Of a DNA stretch of 64,000 nucleotides, positions 42,158-52,285 are shown in pieces. The notes below the pieces were generated by a model. It was given only the letters and a program-made list of their open reading frames with translations. It ran no database searches and was not told the origin of the DNA. This DNA comes from Candidatus Omnitrophota bacterium (lineage in GTDB: Bacteria > Omnitrophota > Gorgyraeia > Gygaellales > Profunditerraquicolaceae). The stretch is taken from the NCBI GenBank assembly GCA_011620275.1, contig WOZK01000017.1, positions 3,237 through 67,236 of the forward strand, given 5' to 3'. The position numbers and the translations under genes were made by a program. Positions within the stretch are counted from its first letter, which is position 1, and the number at the start of each line of letters is the position of its first letter.

Positions 42158-42165
42158 TTCGATTT

Positions 42166-43068
42166 ATGCCCGCTCAGAAGACACCTGAAGTATTGATCAT
42201 CGGCGCTACTAACGCCGGCTTCGCGGCTTGCAGCAGTCTCGCCGCGGTGAAGCCGGACTGGAAAGTGACCCTTTTGGCTCAGGACGATGATTTGCCGTAT
42301 AACTGCGACCTTTTGCCGGATTACCTGGAAGGGAAAATGAGCAAACGTGAAATTCTCCTATGCGAAGAAAGTTTCTTTTCCGGGCATAACGTGGAATTAA
42401 TCCGTTCCGCTGCGGTCAGCGGGATTGATTTCTCCAGGCAGAGGGTGTATCTGCGGAACAACCGCAGGCTGGCTTACGATTATCTTATCATTGCCGGCGG
42501 CCGCAAACCGGCGCTGGACATCCCGGGGAAGAGCAAAGAAGGGGTTTTCGTTTTCTTCGGCCTTTCCGACACGGATGAGATTAGGCGGAGGCTTTCCATA
42601 CCCGGCAACGTGGTCGTTTGCGGCAGGAGCGACGACTCCCGGAGGCTTGCCGGTCTCTTTTCTTCCGCAGGCAGGACGGTGAAATTGCTGCTGAAAGAAG
42701 GCGGCGAATCTTCCAATATCCCGGGTGATAACCCGGAGATCCTCAGCGGAACCGATATTGTAGAGATCATCGGAGAGGGGAAAGAATTGAAAGCGGTCAG
42801 GTTGAGCGGAGGAAAGATAGTCGAAGCAGCTTCCGTGATTTTTTGCCGGCGCGGCAATCCCTGTATGGACTTTGCCGCCGGAGGAGAAGCGGAAATCGAG
42901 AACGGGCGGATAAAAACCGGCGAGAATCTGCGCGCCGGGATTGAGAATGTTTTTGCCTGCGGGGAGGCTGCGGCTGAATCGGGCGCGGAAGATGCGCGCC
43001 TGCAGGGGATCAGGGTCGCCGATGAGATACTCGCGGCCGAATCCGGCAAAACCGAAGCGGTCGTGTGA
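42166..43068 (+). CDS. FAD-dependent pyridine nucleotide-disulphide oxidoreductase-like protein, degenerate
   Basis: IIGATNAG, LPY, YDYLIIAGG, IPG...EGVF, FACGE; the NAD-binding Gly motif is lost. Confidence 0.7.
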   Translation: MPAQKTPEVLIIGATNAGFAACSSLAAVKPDWKVTLLAQDDDLPYNCDLLPDYLEGKMSKREILLCEESFFSGHNVELIRSAAVSGIDFSRQRVYLRNNRRLAYDYLIIAGGRKPALDIPGKSKEGVFVFFGLSDTDEIRRRLSIPGNVVVCGRSDDSRRLAGLFSSAGRTVKLLLKEGGESSNIPGDNPEILSGTDIVEIIGEGKELKAVRLSGGKIVEAASVIFCRRGNPCMDFAAGGEAEIENGRIKTGENLRAGIENVFACGEAAAESGAEDARLQGIRVADEILAAESGKTEAVV

Positions 43069-43093
43069 CCGTTTTGCCACGGGAGAAATACGG

Positions 43094-45277
43094 ATGTCTT
43101 CAATAATAGCTGAGCTTGGGGAAAAAGGGACGAAGGCGGTTCTGGCTTTAACGCGCGCGGAAACCGAGAGACTGGTTAAAGAGCGCGGGGCCGGGACGGC
43201 TCTGGAATTCCCGGGGACAAATTATTCCCTTCCTTTGATAAAGGCGCTCTTGAACGAAGAGGTGCGCACTTTGGGCGACTGCGGCCTCATTATTACGGAG
43301 GCCGAGAAACTCGCGGCGGGAAATCCGGCCGGCAACGGGCTTTTCCTTTCGGCAGCGGGAGGGCTGCTGAACAAAGGACTGGCAGTTCTTTTATGCGAGG
43401 AACTGCTTGCGTCTTTCCGATATCTTGAAGGAGGGCATCCCCAGCCTGAAACGGCCGGGTTCCTTTCCGATAATCTCCTTCGTTCTCTCGGCATCCAGCT
43501 GGTTGACGGCCGTATTTCCGGTATCGCGGTGATCGCCGGCCCGGCCAAAGACGCGGATTCGGCCGTGCGCCTGATACGCGATCTGCAGTCAAAAAGCATC
43601 GTAAGCCTGCTTGCCGGCAGCGCCGGCGGCGCGAGCATGCTCAAACAGCTGGCAGATTCCGGTATCGCGGTTGGGCTGGACAATTACATAGTGCCTCTGG
43701 GCGCGGATTATCTTTCCGTTATCTACGCCGTTGACTGGGCGGTGAGGGCGCCTCTGACATACGGCGGGCATAAATGCGGACAGTGGAAAGAGATACTTTC
43801 TTATACAAAAGAGAAAGTCCCTGCTTTCGTTATCCTTTTAAGCCATGTGGACGAGATTATCACTGCTACCGGGTTGGGGGCCCTGGCTATGGGGTTTCCC
43901 ATAATTACCGATCTCGATATCCCCGAGGTACCCAAACTGGAGACCACTCTTTACGAGGCCCTGGTACGCCAGAGCGATTATTCCGCCATCGCGTCCGCCT
44001 GCATACAGACGCGCGGCATAAAGGTTAAGGTTTCCGAGGTCCCAGTTCCGGTGCCTTATGCCGCGGCCTTCGAAGGGGAACGCGTCAGACGGGATCAGCT
44101 TCACGCGGAATTCGGCGGCAAAAGCAGTCTGGCTTTCGAGTACCTCCACAGCAGCCCGCTGCGGGAAGTGGAAGACGGTAAAGTGGAGATACTCGGGCCG
44201 GATATAGACGCGCTGCCGAAAGGCGGCAGGTCTTTGCCGCTGGCCTTGATTGTCGAGGTGGCGGGCAGGCGCATGCAGAAGGATTTTGAGCCTATACTCG
44301 AGCGCCAGATACACCGCTTCGTGAATTACGCCATGGGTATAATGCACGTCGGCCAGCGCGATATGAATTGGATACGCGTCTCCAAAGACGCCTTTTCCAA
44401 AGGGTTCCGTCTCAAGCATCTGGGTGTCATATTGCACGCCATGCTGCACCAGGAATACCAGGCTATAGTGGACAAGGTGCAGGTGAAGATATATACCGAA
44501 AAGTCCGAGGTGGAAAAGCTTTTGCCGACGGCCGTAGGGAGTTTCGCGGAAAGGGACGAGCGTTTGGGCGGGATGACCGATGAGAGCGTGGATACCTTTT
44601 ATTCCTGTCTGCTCTGTCAGTCTTTCGCTCCCAATCACGTCTGCATAGTAACTCCGGAGAGGCTGGGGTTGTGCGGCGCGTATTCCTGGCTGGACGCCAA
44701 GGCCTCCTACGAGATTACGCCCACCGGCCCCAACCAGCCCGTTCTCAAAGGCAGGATTCTGGACGAGCGCGCCGGCCAGTGGGGGAACATAAACGAATTC
44801 GTCTATTTGAAGTCCAACAAAACCGTGGATAAGGTAAGCATGTATTCTCTGCTGGACGCCCCGCAGACTTCCTGCGGGTGTTTTGAGTGTATAGTGGCCG
44901 TGTTGCCGGAAGCCAACGGTGTGATGGTCGTTCACCGGGACCATATCGGTATGACCCCCTGCGGAATGACGTTCACCACCTTGGCCGGTTCGGTGGGGGG
45001 AGGAGTGCAGACGCCCGGTTTCCTCGGAGTCGGGAAACTGTATATTGCCAGCAGGAAATTCATCTCCGCCGAAGGCGGGTTGAAGAGGGTGGTCTGGATG
45101 CCGAGAGAGCTAAAGGAAATGCTTGCCGAACGCCTGCGCCGGCGCTGCGAAGAGCTCGGCGATCCCGGGTTGTTCGATAAGATAGCCGATGAAGATGCGG
45201 CGGTAAAAATCGAGGAACTCCTGGAATTCCTTGCGAAAGCCGGGCATCCGGCATTGGAGATGCCGCCGTTGTTTTGA
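43094..45277 (+). CDS. acsB: Acetyl-CoA synthase (bacterial AcsB/CdhC), 727 aa
   Basis: DFEPILERQIH, FYSCLLCQSFAPNHVC, RLGLCGA, TSCGCFE (A-cluster ligands), GGGVQTPGF, HPAL.M.PL. Confidence 0.95.
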   Translation: MSSIIAELGEKGTKAVLALTRAETERLVKERGAGTALEFPGTNYSLPLIKALLNEEVRTLGDCGLIITEAEKLAAGNPAGNGLFLSAAGGLLNKGLAVLLCEELLASFRYLEGGHPQPETAGFLSDNLLRSLGIQLVDGRISGIAVIAGPAKDADSAVRLIRDLQSKSIVSLLAGSAGGASMLKQLADSGIAVGLDNYIVPLGADYLSVIYAVDWAVRAPLTYGGHKCGQWKEILSYTKEKVPAFVILLSHVDEIITATGLGALAMGFPIITDLDIPEVPKLETTLYEALVRQSDYSAIASACIQTRGIKVKVSEVPVPVPYAAAFEGERVRRDQLHAEFGGKSSLAFEYLHSSPLREVEDGKVEILGPDIDALPKGGRSLPLALIVEVAGRRMQKDFEPILERQIHRFVNYAMGIMHVGQRDMNWIRVSKDAFSKGFRLKHLGVILHAMLHQEYQAIVDKVQVKIYTEKSEVEKLLPTAVGSFAERDERLGGMTDESVDTFYSCLLCQSFAPNHVCIVTPERLGLCGAYSWLDAKASYEITPTGPNQPVLKGRILDERAGQWGNINEFVYLKSNKTVDKVSMYSLLDAPQTSCGCFECIVAVLPEANGVMVVHRDHIGMTPCGMTFTTLAGSVGGGVQTPGFLGVGKLYIASRKFISAEGGLKRVVWMPRELKEMLAERLRRRCEELGDPGLFDKIADEDAAVKIEELLEFLAKAGHPALEMPPLF

Positions 45278-45324
45278 TTGGAGCGCGCGGAGTATCCGCG
45301 CCGCAAGCAAATAAAATTTTTTTC

Positions 45325-45354
45325 TTGACGTTTGCGCAAAATCAAATATAGTAT
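45325..45354 (+). promoter_or_regulatory. Sigma70-type promoter
   Basis: AT-rich UP element, TTGACG at 45325, -10 TATAGT/TAGTAT at 16/18-nt spacing. Confidence 0.6.
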
Positions 45355-45385
45355 AAACTTAATGAACGACACGGAGAGTTTCGGG

Positions 45386-46204
45386 ATGACTTGTAGGATC
45401 GCGGGTTTTCTGGCGGCATTCGTATTCTTGGTATCCCGGCAGGCAGCCTCTTTTTCCGGCGGACAGCTTCAGACTACTTTACAGGACCAGGCGCGCGCTT
45501 ATCGCGTGGAGGGACTGCGGTATCAGAAGGAAAGCAACCTTGAACAGGCCTCCGCGTGTTACCAGAAGGCCATTTCACTGAATCCCAATTTTGTGGAGGC
45601 TTACAACGACCTCGGTATACTTTATGAAGCCAACGGCAGGCTGGAAAAGGCAAAGGATATGTACCTGCGCGCTATCGAGGTCGCCCCGAATTACCCGAGC
45701 AGCTACGCCAACATGGCTCTTTTATACGAAGGGCAGGGCGATTACATAAACGCCGTTCTTTACTGGATAAAAAGGGCCACTCTGGGCGGCCCGGGCGATC
45801 CCTGGGCGGACAAGGCCAGAAAAAGGCTCGAAGGTATAGCAAGCGTATATCCCGAGGCTTACGGTAAAATAGAAGCGCGGTACAAGGCCAACCTGCAGAA
45901 AGAGATGATGCAGGCTTCTCCGGCCGCAGCTGCCGCGGTATACAGCGATCTGGACAGCGATCTTTACGAGACCGATTATTCTCAATCCCCCGTGACCCTG
46001 TTCGAGGATGAGCTTAGCCAGGACCAGAAGTCGCTGGACAACAGGAGCAGGGCGATAACCTATCTTACCCGCGCCAAGGAAAGTTACGATAAAGGGGAAT
46101 ACGTGACCGCATTAAAAGAAGCTACCGTAGCAGAATATCTCGATTCTTCCAATAAGGAGATCAGTTCCTTTATTGAGCAGGTTCGCAGAACGCTCTTACA
46201 ATAA
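45386..46204 (+). CDS. Exported tetratricopeptide-repeat protein (start 45362 or 45386)
   Basis: Signal-peptide-like N-terminus; TPR consensus YQKAISLNP..EAYNDLG.LY, YLRAIEVAP. Confidence 0.8.
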   Translation: MTCRIAGFLAAFVFLVSRQAASFSGGQLQTTLQDQARAYRVEGLRYQKESNLEQASACYQKAISLNPNFVEAYNDLGILYEANGRLEKAKDMYLRAIEVAPNYPSSYANMALLYEGQGDYINAVLYWIKRATLGGPGDPWADKARKRLEGIASVYPEAYGKIEARYKANLQKEMMQASPAAAAAVYSDLDSDLYETDYSQSPVTLFEDELSQDQKSLDNRSRAITYLTRAKESYDKGEYVTALKEATVAEYLDSSNKEISSFIEQVRRTLLQ

Positions 46205-46244
46205 GGACTGCGGATTACCATACCTTTCCTTAATGTTTTAAATA

Positions 46245-48785
46245 ATGCAGACACTCGAGCAGTTGTATTTGTTTGACGCCACCGCATTTTATTACCGCGC
46301 GTTTTACGCCCTTCAGGGATTAAGTACTTCTTCCGGGTTGCCTGTGGGCGCAGTCTACGGCTTCATCAATATGCTGAACAAGGTGTTGAAATCCGGCAAG
46401 GTAGGGTCTGTCGTGCTGTGTTTCGACGTCTCGCGTAAGACATTTCGTTCCGAGAAATTCGCGGAATACAAGATACAGCGTCCGCCGATGCCCGAGGGGC
46501 TTGTTTCGCAGCTGTCTTTGATCAGGGAAGCGGTATCCGCTTACCGTTTCCGCGTCTGTGAGCTGCAGGGATATGAAGCGGACGATCTTCTCGCGGCCCT
46601 GAGCAAAAAAGCTTCGGCGGCGGGTATAAGCACCGTGATCGTCAGCCCGGATAAGGATATTTTGCAGCTGGTGGACGGGCATACTTTGGTGCTGAATCCT
46701 TATAAAGGCAGAGGCGTTCTTTATGACGCGGCGGCGGTGGAAAAGGATTTTGGCGTTTCCCCTTGTTTTGTTCCGCAGGTCCTGGCTCTGATGGGCGATC
46801 AGAGCGATAATATTCCCGGAGTTCCCGGTATAGGGCAGAAGACGGCGGTCGCTCTCTTGAAGGAACACGGTTCCCTGGAGGAGATATTAGCCCATCCGGA
46901 GCGGATAAAGCAGGAAAAGATCAGAAATGCGGTCGCAGCCGGCGGAGATATGATCCGGCTTAATCTGGAACTGGTCACGCTGGACGGGAGCGCGCCGGTG
47001 GAACTGGAGCCTGAAGCGTACCGCATAACAGAACCCGACTACGGCAAATTGCGCGAATTATTCACCCGGCTTGAATTCCGTTCTTTGCTCAAGACGCTGC
47101 CGGAACCGTCCGGCGCGGGACAAGAGCAGCCTGTTCCCGGCGGAGACGATGCCGCCTGCGCGGGGAACGGAGATGTTTTTATCCGGCCGCTGGACACAGG
47201 CGGCTTTATGATTTACGCCTGCGGGATGGCTTTTTCTTCGGCCGAGACCGGAGAGAATCTGAAACGAATGCTTGAATCGGACTCAGCGGGCAAATACGGA
47301 CACGACTTAAAGAGAGCGGCCGGGGTTCTGCGTTCGCGCGGCATAATCTTGCGCGGAATGCGTTTCGACAGCATGATAGCCGCTTACTTATTGAATCCTT
47401 CCTCCGGCGGCTATTCTTTCGATGAGGTGTATAACGCCTACGGCGAGGGATTATCCGGGAGCGCCGCCGGAACGGAGGGAATAAGGGGATTGAACGCCCG
47501 TCTCCGGCGCTTGCTGGAGGAGAAGGAATTGCTTAAGCTCTTTGAAGAAATAGAGATGCCGCTGGCGGAGGTTCTCGCCGGGATGGAAGCCGACGGCATT
47601 AAGGTTGACGTATCGGTCCTGCGCGAGCTCTCTTCGGAGATGGAAAGAAAGATTCTCGCGCTCACCTCCGATATTTACGAATGCGCCGGCGGCAGTTTCA
47701 ATATTAACTCGCCGCAGCAGTTGCGGGTCGTGCTGTTCGAGAAACTGAAGCTCCCGGTGCGTAAGAGGACTAAGACCGGTCCGTCCACCGACGAAGAAGT
47801 TCTGCGCGGCCTCGTGAAAGAGCACAAACTGGCGGCGATGCTGCTGGAATACCGCCAGCTCGCCAAACTGAAGTCCACCTACGTAGACGCCCTGCTGAAC
47901 CTCGCGGACAAGGCCACGCTGCGTATACATACGTGTTTTAACCAGACCGGCACCGAGACCGGGCGTTTGAGCTCCAGCGATCCCAATCTGCAGAACATAC
48001 CTGTCAGGAGCGAGTCCGGACGGAGGATACGCAGGGCGTTCGTGGCTTCGGAAACCGGGAACGAACTTTTTTCCTGCGATTATTCCCAGATAGAGCTGCG
48101 CATACTGGCGCATCTTTCCGGCGACAGCGGCATGATCAATGCCTTTGTCGAAGATAAGGATATCCACGCGCATACCGCGTCCTTGATCTACGGCGTGCCG
48201 GAAAAGGACGTGGATGACTCCATGCGCGAGACCGCCAAACGCGTGAACTTCGGTATTATCTACGGGCAGAGCGGGTTCGGCCTCGGGAAAGACCTTGGTA
48301 TCACTTTAAGGGAAGCGGAGTCTTTCATCGACGCTTATTTCCTGCGTTATCCGGGAGTGAAGAAATTCATCGACGACTGTATATCTTTCGCCGAGAGAGA
48401 AGGATTTGTTTCCACGATTCTCGGCAGGAGACGTTACCTGCCGGAAATAAACAGCGGGAATATGGCGGTCAGACAGTTCGCCAGGCGCAAGGCCGTAAAT
48501 ACCCCGGTGCAGGGATCGGCCAGCGACCTGATCAAGGCGGCGATGATCTCTATCCAGAGCTTAATTGCCGAACGGGGACTTCGGTCGCGCATGCTCCTGC
48601 AGGTGCACGACGAACTGATTTTCGACGTGCCGCGCGCGGAAGTCGAGGCGTTTATTCCGGAAGCGGAGAGGATAATGAGGCACGTGCTGGAGCTTTCGGT
48701 CCCGTTGAAAGTGAGCGTCAAAAAAGGCCCCAACCTCTGCGATCTCGAAGATTACGCTCCTGTTTCCCGGGAGACGGATATATGA
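46245..48785 (+). CDS. polA: DNA polymerase I
   Basis: 5' exonuclease YRAFYA/EADD/GD.SDNIPG; TGRLSS.DPNLQN, DYSQIELR, AKRVNFGIIYG, QVHDEL. Confidence 0.97.
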   Translation: MQTLEQLYLFDATAFYYRAFYALQGLSTSSGLPVGAVYGFINMLNKVLKSGKVGSVVLCFDVSRKTFRSEKFAEYKIQRPPMPEGLVSQLSLIREAVSAYRFRVCELQGYEADDLLAALSKKASAAGISTVIVSPDKDILQLVDGHTLVLNPYKGRGVLYDAAAVEKDFGVSPCFVPQVLALMGDQSDNIPGVPGIGQKTAVALLKEHGSLEEILAHPERIKQEKIRNAVAAGGDMIRLNLELVTLDGSAPVELEPEAYRITEPDYGKLRELFTRLEFRSLLKTLPEPSGAGQEQPVPGGDDAACAGNGDVFIRPLDTGGFMIYACGMAFSSAETGENLKRMLESDSAGKYGHDLKRAAGVLRSRGIILRGMRFDSMIAAYLLNPSSGGYSFDEVYNAYGEGLSGSAAGTEGIRGLNARLRRLLEEKELLKLFEEIEMPLAEVLAGMEADGIKVDVSVLRELSSEMERKILALTSDIYECAGGSFNINSPQQLRVVLFEKLKLPVRKRTKTGPSTDEEVLRGLVKEHKLAAMLLEYRQLAKLKSTYVDALLNLADKATLRIHTCFNQTGTETGRLSSSDPNLQNIPVRSESGRRIRRAFVASETGNELFSCDYSQIELRILAHLSGDSGMINAFVEDKDIHAHTASLIYGVPEKDVDDSMRETAKRVNFGIIYGQSGFGLGKDLGITLREAESFIDAYFLRYPGVKKFIDDCISFAEREGFVSTILGRRRYLPEINSGNMAVRQFARRKAVNTPVQGSASDLIKAAMISIQSLIAERGLRSRMLLQVHDELIFDVPRAEVEAFIPEAERIMRHVLELSVPLKVSVKKGPNLCDLEDYAPVSRETDI

Positions 48786-50185
48786 AAATAGCTTTTTTCA
48801 CGCCGGAAGCCGTTCCTTACGCCAAGACAGGAGGCCTCGCCGACGTCGCCGGTGCGCTTGCCCCGGCATTGTGCGAAGCCGGTAATGAGGTAATAGTTCT
48901 GCTGCCGGCCTACGGAAAGCTCAACGTTCCCGGAGGACGGGCGGAGAGGATATTGCCGGATGTTTCTTTTCACCGGCAGCGCGGGGCGGTTTTTTATTTC
49001 CTGCACAACGACGGCTACTTCCTGCGCGACGGGTTCTACGGTTCGTCCTCGGGGGATTATCCTGATAACCTGGAGCGGTTCGCTTTTTTCTGCCGCCGCG
49101 GCCTGCGGCTGCTCGAACAGCTCGGCTTCAGGGCGGACATTCTCCATTGCCACGACTGGCAGTCGTCGCTTGCCCCGGTTTACCTGAAGTCTGAGGAGAT
49201 TCATAATCCCTTCTTTCGGTCAACCGCCTCGGTATTGACCATACATAATCTGGCTTACCAGGGCATCTTTCCGGCGGAGGACTTTCCTTTTACCGGACTG
49301 CCGGAGGAGATGTTCTCGGTGGATGCGCTGGAATTCTATGGCAAGGTCAATCTTTTGAAGGGGGGATTGATTTTTTCCGATTTTCTGACCACGGTCAGCC
49401 CTACTTACAGCCGCCAGATACAGGGCAGGGAATTCGGCTGCGGGCTGGAAGGCTTACTGAGTAAGCGTTCCGCCGATCTGCGCGGCATATTGAACGGTCT
49501 GGATTATTCGGTTTGGGATCCTTCCTCCGATCCTCTGATAGTTGTTAACTACGACGCGGGAAGACTGGAAGGCAAGGGGGGTAACAAAAAAGCCCTGCAG
49601 AAGGAATGCGGACTGCGGGAAGATCCTCGGGCGCCGCTTCTGGCGGTGGTCTCGCGTCTCGCCGAGCAAAAGGGGGTCGATCTTATCGTTCCGCTTCTGC
49701 CGGAGCTGGCGGCTGCCGGTATGCAGTTCGTGATACTAGGCACCGGTGATGAGAAATATCAAAGGCTGCTCCGTAAGGCCGCGGCCGGCAGTCCGGGCGC
49801 GGTATCCCTGCATTTGAAGTTCGACGAGGCGCTGGCGCACAGGATATACGCCGGTTCGGACATTTTTCTGATGCCTTCGCGGTACGAGCCGTGCGGATTG
49901 AGCCAGATGATATCCCTGCGTTACGGGACGGTCCCGGTGGTCAGCAGCACCGGCGGCCTGGCCGATACCGTGTCCGAGGAAAACGGTTTCGTTATGAACG
50001 GCATATCGGCAAAGGAACTGTCCGTTAAGATTAAAGAAGCAGCGCGTTTGTATGCCGATGCCGGCCGATGGCGCCGGCTTGCCGAGCGCGGCATGGAAAA
50101 ACGTTTCTCCTGGCAGACGTCCGCCGGGGAATATATTTCATTATATGAAAAGATCCTGCAAAGCGGCGTTCGCAGCCGCGCGTAA
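48782..50185 (+). CDS. glgA: Glycogen synthase
   Basis: KTGGLADV, HCHDWQ, TIHNLAYQG, SRLAEQKG, MPSRYEPCGLSQ. Confidence 0.96.
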   Translation: MKIAFFTPEAVPYAKTGGLADVAGALAPALCEAGNEVIVLLPAYGKLNVPGGRAERILPDVSFHRQRGAVFYFLHNDGYFLRDGFYGSSSGDYPDNLERFAFFCRRGLRLLEQLGFRADILHCHDWQSSLAPVYLKSEEIHNPFFRSTASVLTIHNLAYQGIFPAEDFPFTGLPEEMFSVDALEFYGKVNLLKGGLIFSDFLTTVSPTYSRQIQGREFGCGLEGLLSKRSADLRGILNGLDYSVWDPSSDPLIVVNYDAGRLEGKGGNKKALQKECGLREDPRAPLLAVVSRLAEQKGVDLIVPLLPELAAAGMQFVILGTGDEKYQRLLRKAAAGSPGAVSLHLKFDEALAHRIYAGSDIFLMPSRYEPCGLSQMISLRYGTVPVVSSTGGLADTVSEENGFVMNGISAKELSVKIKEAARLYADAGRWRRLAERGMEKRFSWQTSAGEYISLYEKILQSGVRSRA

Positions 50186-50771
50186 ACGTTGCGTGATAGG
50201 CGTTACCGGCGGTATCTGTTCCGGCAAGAGCACGATTTCGGCCATGCTCAGAAAAGGCGGGGCGAAAGTGATAGATGCCGACCGCGTCGCTCACAGCGTG
50301 ATAGCGCCCGGTAAACCGGCTTTTGAGAAACTGCTCAAGGCCTTTGGAAAAGGGATACTCCGAAAAGACGGTCGTATAAACCGCAGGGCGTTGGCAGTAA
50401 AGGCGTTCTACGGCGGTAAGGAAACTGCCCTGTTAAACGGCATAACGCACCCTTATATCATAAGAAATATTCGCGGGCGGCTCAAGGAAGCCGCCGGGCT
50501 GATTGTTCTGGATGCGGCCCTGCTTTTGGAGACCGGCCTGTACCGGTTTGTGGATCATCTGGTTTTTGTTAAAGCGTCAGAAGCGCTGCGCCTGGAACGC
50601 GCCTCGCGCTCGAGGGGAATGAAGAAAGAACTCGTGGCGCGCATAATCGCAGCCCAGCCTTCCGTAGTGAAAGCGGAGCGCCTGGCCGATTTTATAATAG
50701 ATAACAGCGGTTCTTTGGAGCAAACGAGGAGACAAGTTGAGAGACTAAGGAGGAAAGTGTGGAGAAATTGA
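50145..50771 (+). CDS. coaE: Dephospho-CoA kinase (start 50145 or 50193)
   Basis: [29 protein letters not shown]. Confidence 0.92.
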   Translation: MKRSCKAAFAAARKRCVIGVTGGICSGKSTISAMLRKGGAKVIDADRVAHSVIAPGKPAFEKLLKAFGKGILRKDGRINRRALAVKAFYGGKETALLNGITHPYIIRNIRGRLKEAAGLIVLDAALLLETGLYRFVDHLVFVKASEALRLERASRSRGMKKELVARIIAAQPSVVKAERLADFIIDNSGSLEQTRRQVERLRRKVWRN

Positions 50772-52018
50772 ATATCACTAAATTGAAAGAGATGAAGATT
50801 ACCGAGCTGAACAAGCTGGCTAAAGAGCTGAACATAAACGGTTCCAGCGGCATCAGGAAACAGGACCTGATATTCAAGGTCCTGCAGGCCCAGGCGGAGA
50901 AAGAAGGTTTGATGTTCGGAGAGGGAATACTGGAGATACTGCCGGAGGGGTTCGGGTTCCTGCGGTCGCCGAATTACAATTATCTGCCTTGCCCGGATGA
51001 CATATACATTTCCCCTTCGCAGATAAGAAAATTCGACCTGAAGACAGGGGATACGGTCAGCGGGGAGATACGCCCCCCGAAGGAAGGCGAGAAATATTTC
51101 GCCCTGCTGAAGGTGGAAGCGGTCAATTTCGAGAATCCGGAAACCTGCAAGGATAAGGTGCTTTTCGACAATTTGACCCCGGTCTATCCGCATGAAAGGT
51201 TCATGCTTGAACGCAAACCGGAGGAAATATCGACGCGAGTCATAGATCTGCTGGCGCCCATCGGTAAGGGGCAGCGCAGTCTTATAGTCGCGCCGCCCTA
51301 CAGCGGCAAGACCGTGCTCCTGCAGCGTTTGGCCAATTCCATCACCGGCAACCACCCGGACGTGGTGCTGATTGTTTTGCTCATAGACGAAAGGCCGGAA
51401 GAGGTCACCGATATGCAAAGAAACGTCCAGGGGGAGGTTATCTCCTCTACGTTCGACGAACCTCCGGAGAGGCACGTGCAGGTCTCCGAGATAGTGCTTG
51501 AGAAGGCAAAACGCCTGGTTGAGCACAAGAAGGACGTGGTGATCTTGCTGGACAGTATCACGCGTCTGGCCCGCGCCTACAACTCCGTGGTGCCGCACAG
51601 CGGCAAGGTTCTGTCTGGCGGTATCGATTCCAACGCCCTGCAGAAACCAAAGCGTTTCTTCGGAGCGGCGAGAGCGATAGAGGAGGGCGGAAGCCTCACC
51701 ATCATAGCCACCGCGCTGGTAGATACCGGCAGCCGCATGGATGACGTGATCTTCGAGGAGTTCAAAGGAACCGGTAACATGGAACTGCAGTTGGACAGGA
51801 ACCTGTTCCAGCGCAGGATATACCCTGCCATAGACATAAAACGCTCCAACACCAGGCACGAGGAACTGCTGTTGAAGCCGGAAATACTTCAGCGGGTCTG
51901 GATACTGCGCAAAGTGCTTAATGAATTGAGCAACGTGGAGGCTATGGAACTGCTGATAGAGAAACTGGCCAAGACCAAGAACAACGAAGAGTTTTTAAAC
52001 AGTATGAACCAGAAATAA
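50759..52018 (+). CDS. rho: Transcription termination factor Rho
   Basis: [35 protein letters not shown]; GTG start with AGGAGG SD. Confidence 0.98.
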   Translation: MEKLNITKLKEMKITELNKLAKELNINGSSGIRKQDLIFKVLQAQAEKEGLMFGEGILEILPEGFGFLRSPNYNYLPCPDDIYISPSQIRKFDLKTGDTVSGEIRPPKEGEKYFALLKVEAVNFENPETCKDKVLFDNLTPVYPHERFMLERKPEEISTRVIDLLAPIGKGQRSLIVAPPYSGKTVLLQRLANSITGNHPDVVLIVLLIDERPEEVTDMQRNVQGEVISSTFDEPPERHVQVSEIVLEKAKRLVEHKKDVVILLDSITRLARAYNSVVPHSGKVLSGGIDSNALQKPKRFFGAARAIEEGGSLTIIATALVDTGSRMDDVIFEEFKGTGNMELQLDRNLFQRRIYPAIDIKRSNTRHEELLLKPEILQRVWILRKVLNELSNVEAMELLIEKLAKTKNNEEFLNSMNQK

Positions 52019-52071
52019 AACCCCGCGTTGCGCGAGGGCAGGAGTTATCGAACGAAAAGGAGAAGGAAGAA

Positions 52072-52278
52072 ATGAAAGAGAAGATACATCCCAAATACGA
52101 AGAAAGCGTGGTTGTCTGCGCATGCGGCAACACCATACATACCCGTTCCACCAGACAAAACATCCGGGTCGAAGTCTGCTCGAAATGCCACCCGTTTTTT
52201 ACCGGGAAGCAGAAGTTCGTGGACTCCGCCGGGCGGGTAGACAAGTTCGAAAAGAAGTACGGCAAGAAAAAAGCCTGA
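52072..52278 (+). CDS. rpmE: 50S ribosomal protein L31 (Zn-binding type)
   Basis: [28 protein letters not shown]. Confidence 0.96.
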   Translation: MKEKIHPKYEESVVVCACGNTIHTRSTRQNIRVEVCSKCHPFFTGKQKFVDSAGRVDKFEKKYGKKKA

Positions 52279-52285
52279 GAGGCGT

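Noticed and set aside
50555-51859. 434-aa reverse-strand ORF, and similar ones opposite kdsA, acsB, ruvB and the M16 peptidase
   Set aside because: Antisense shadows of well-supported + strand genes.
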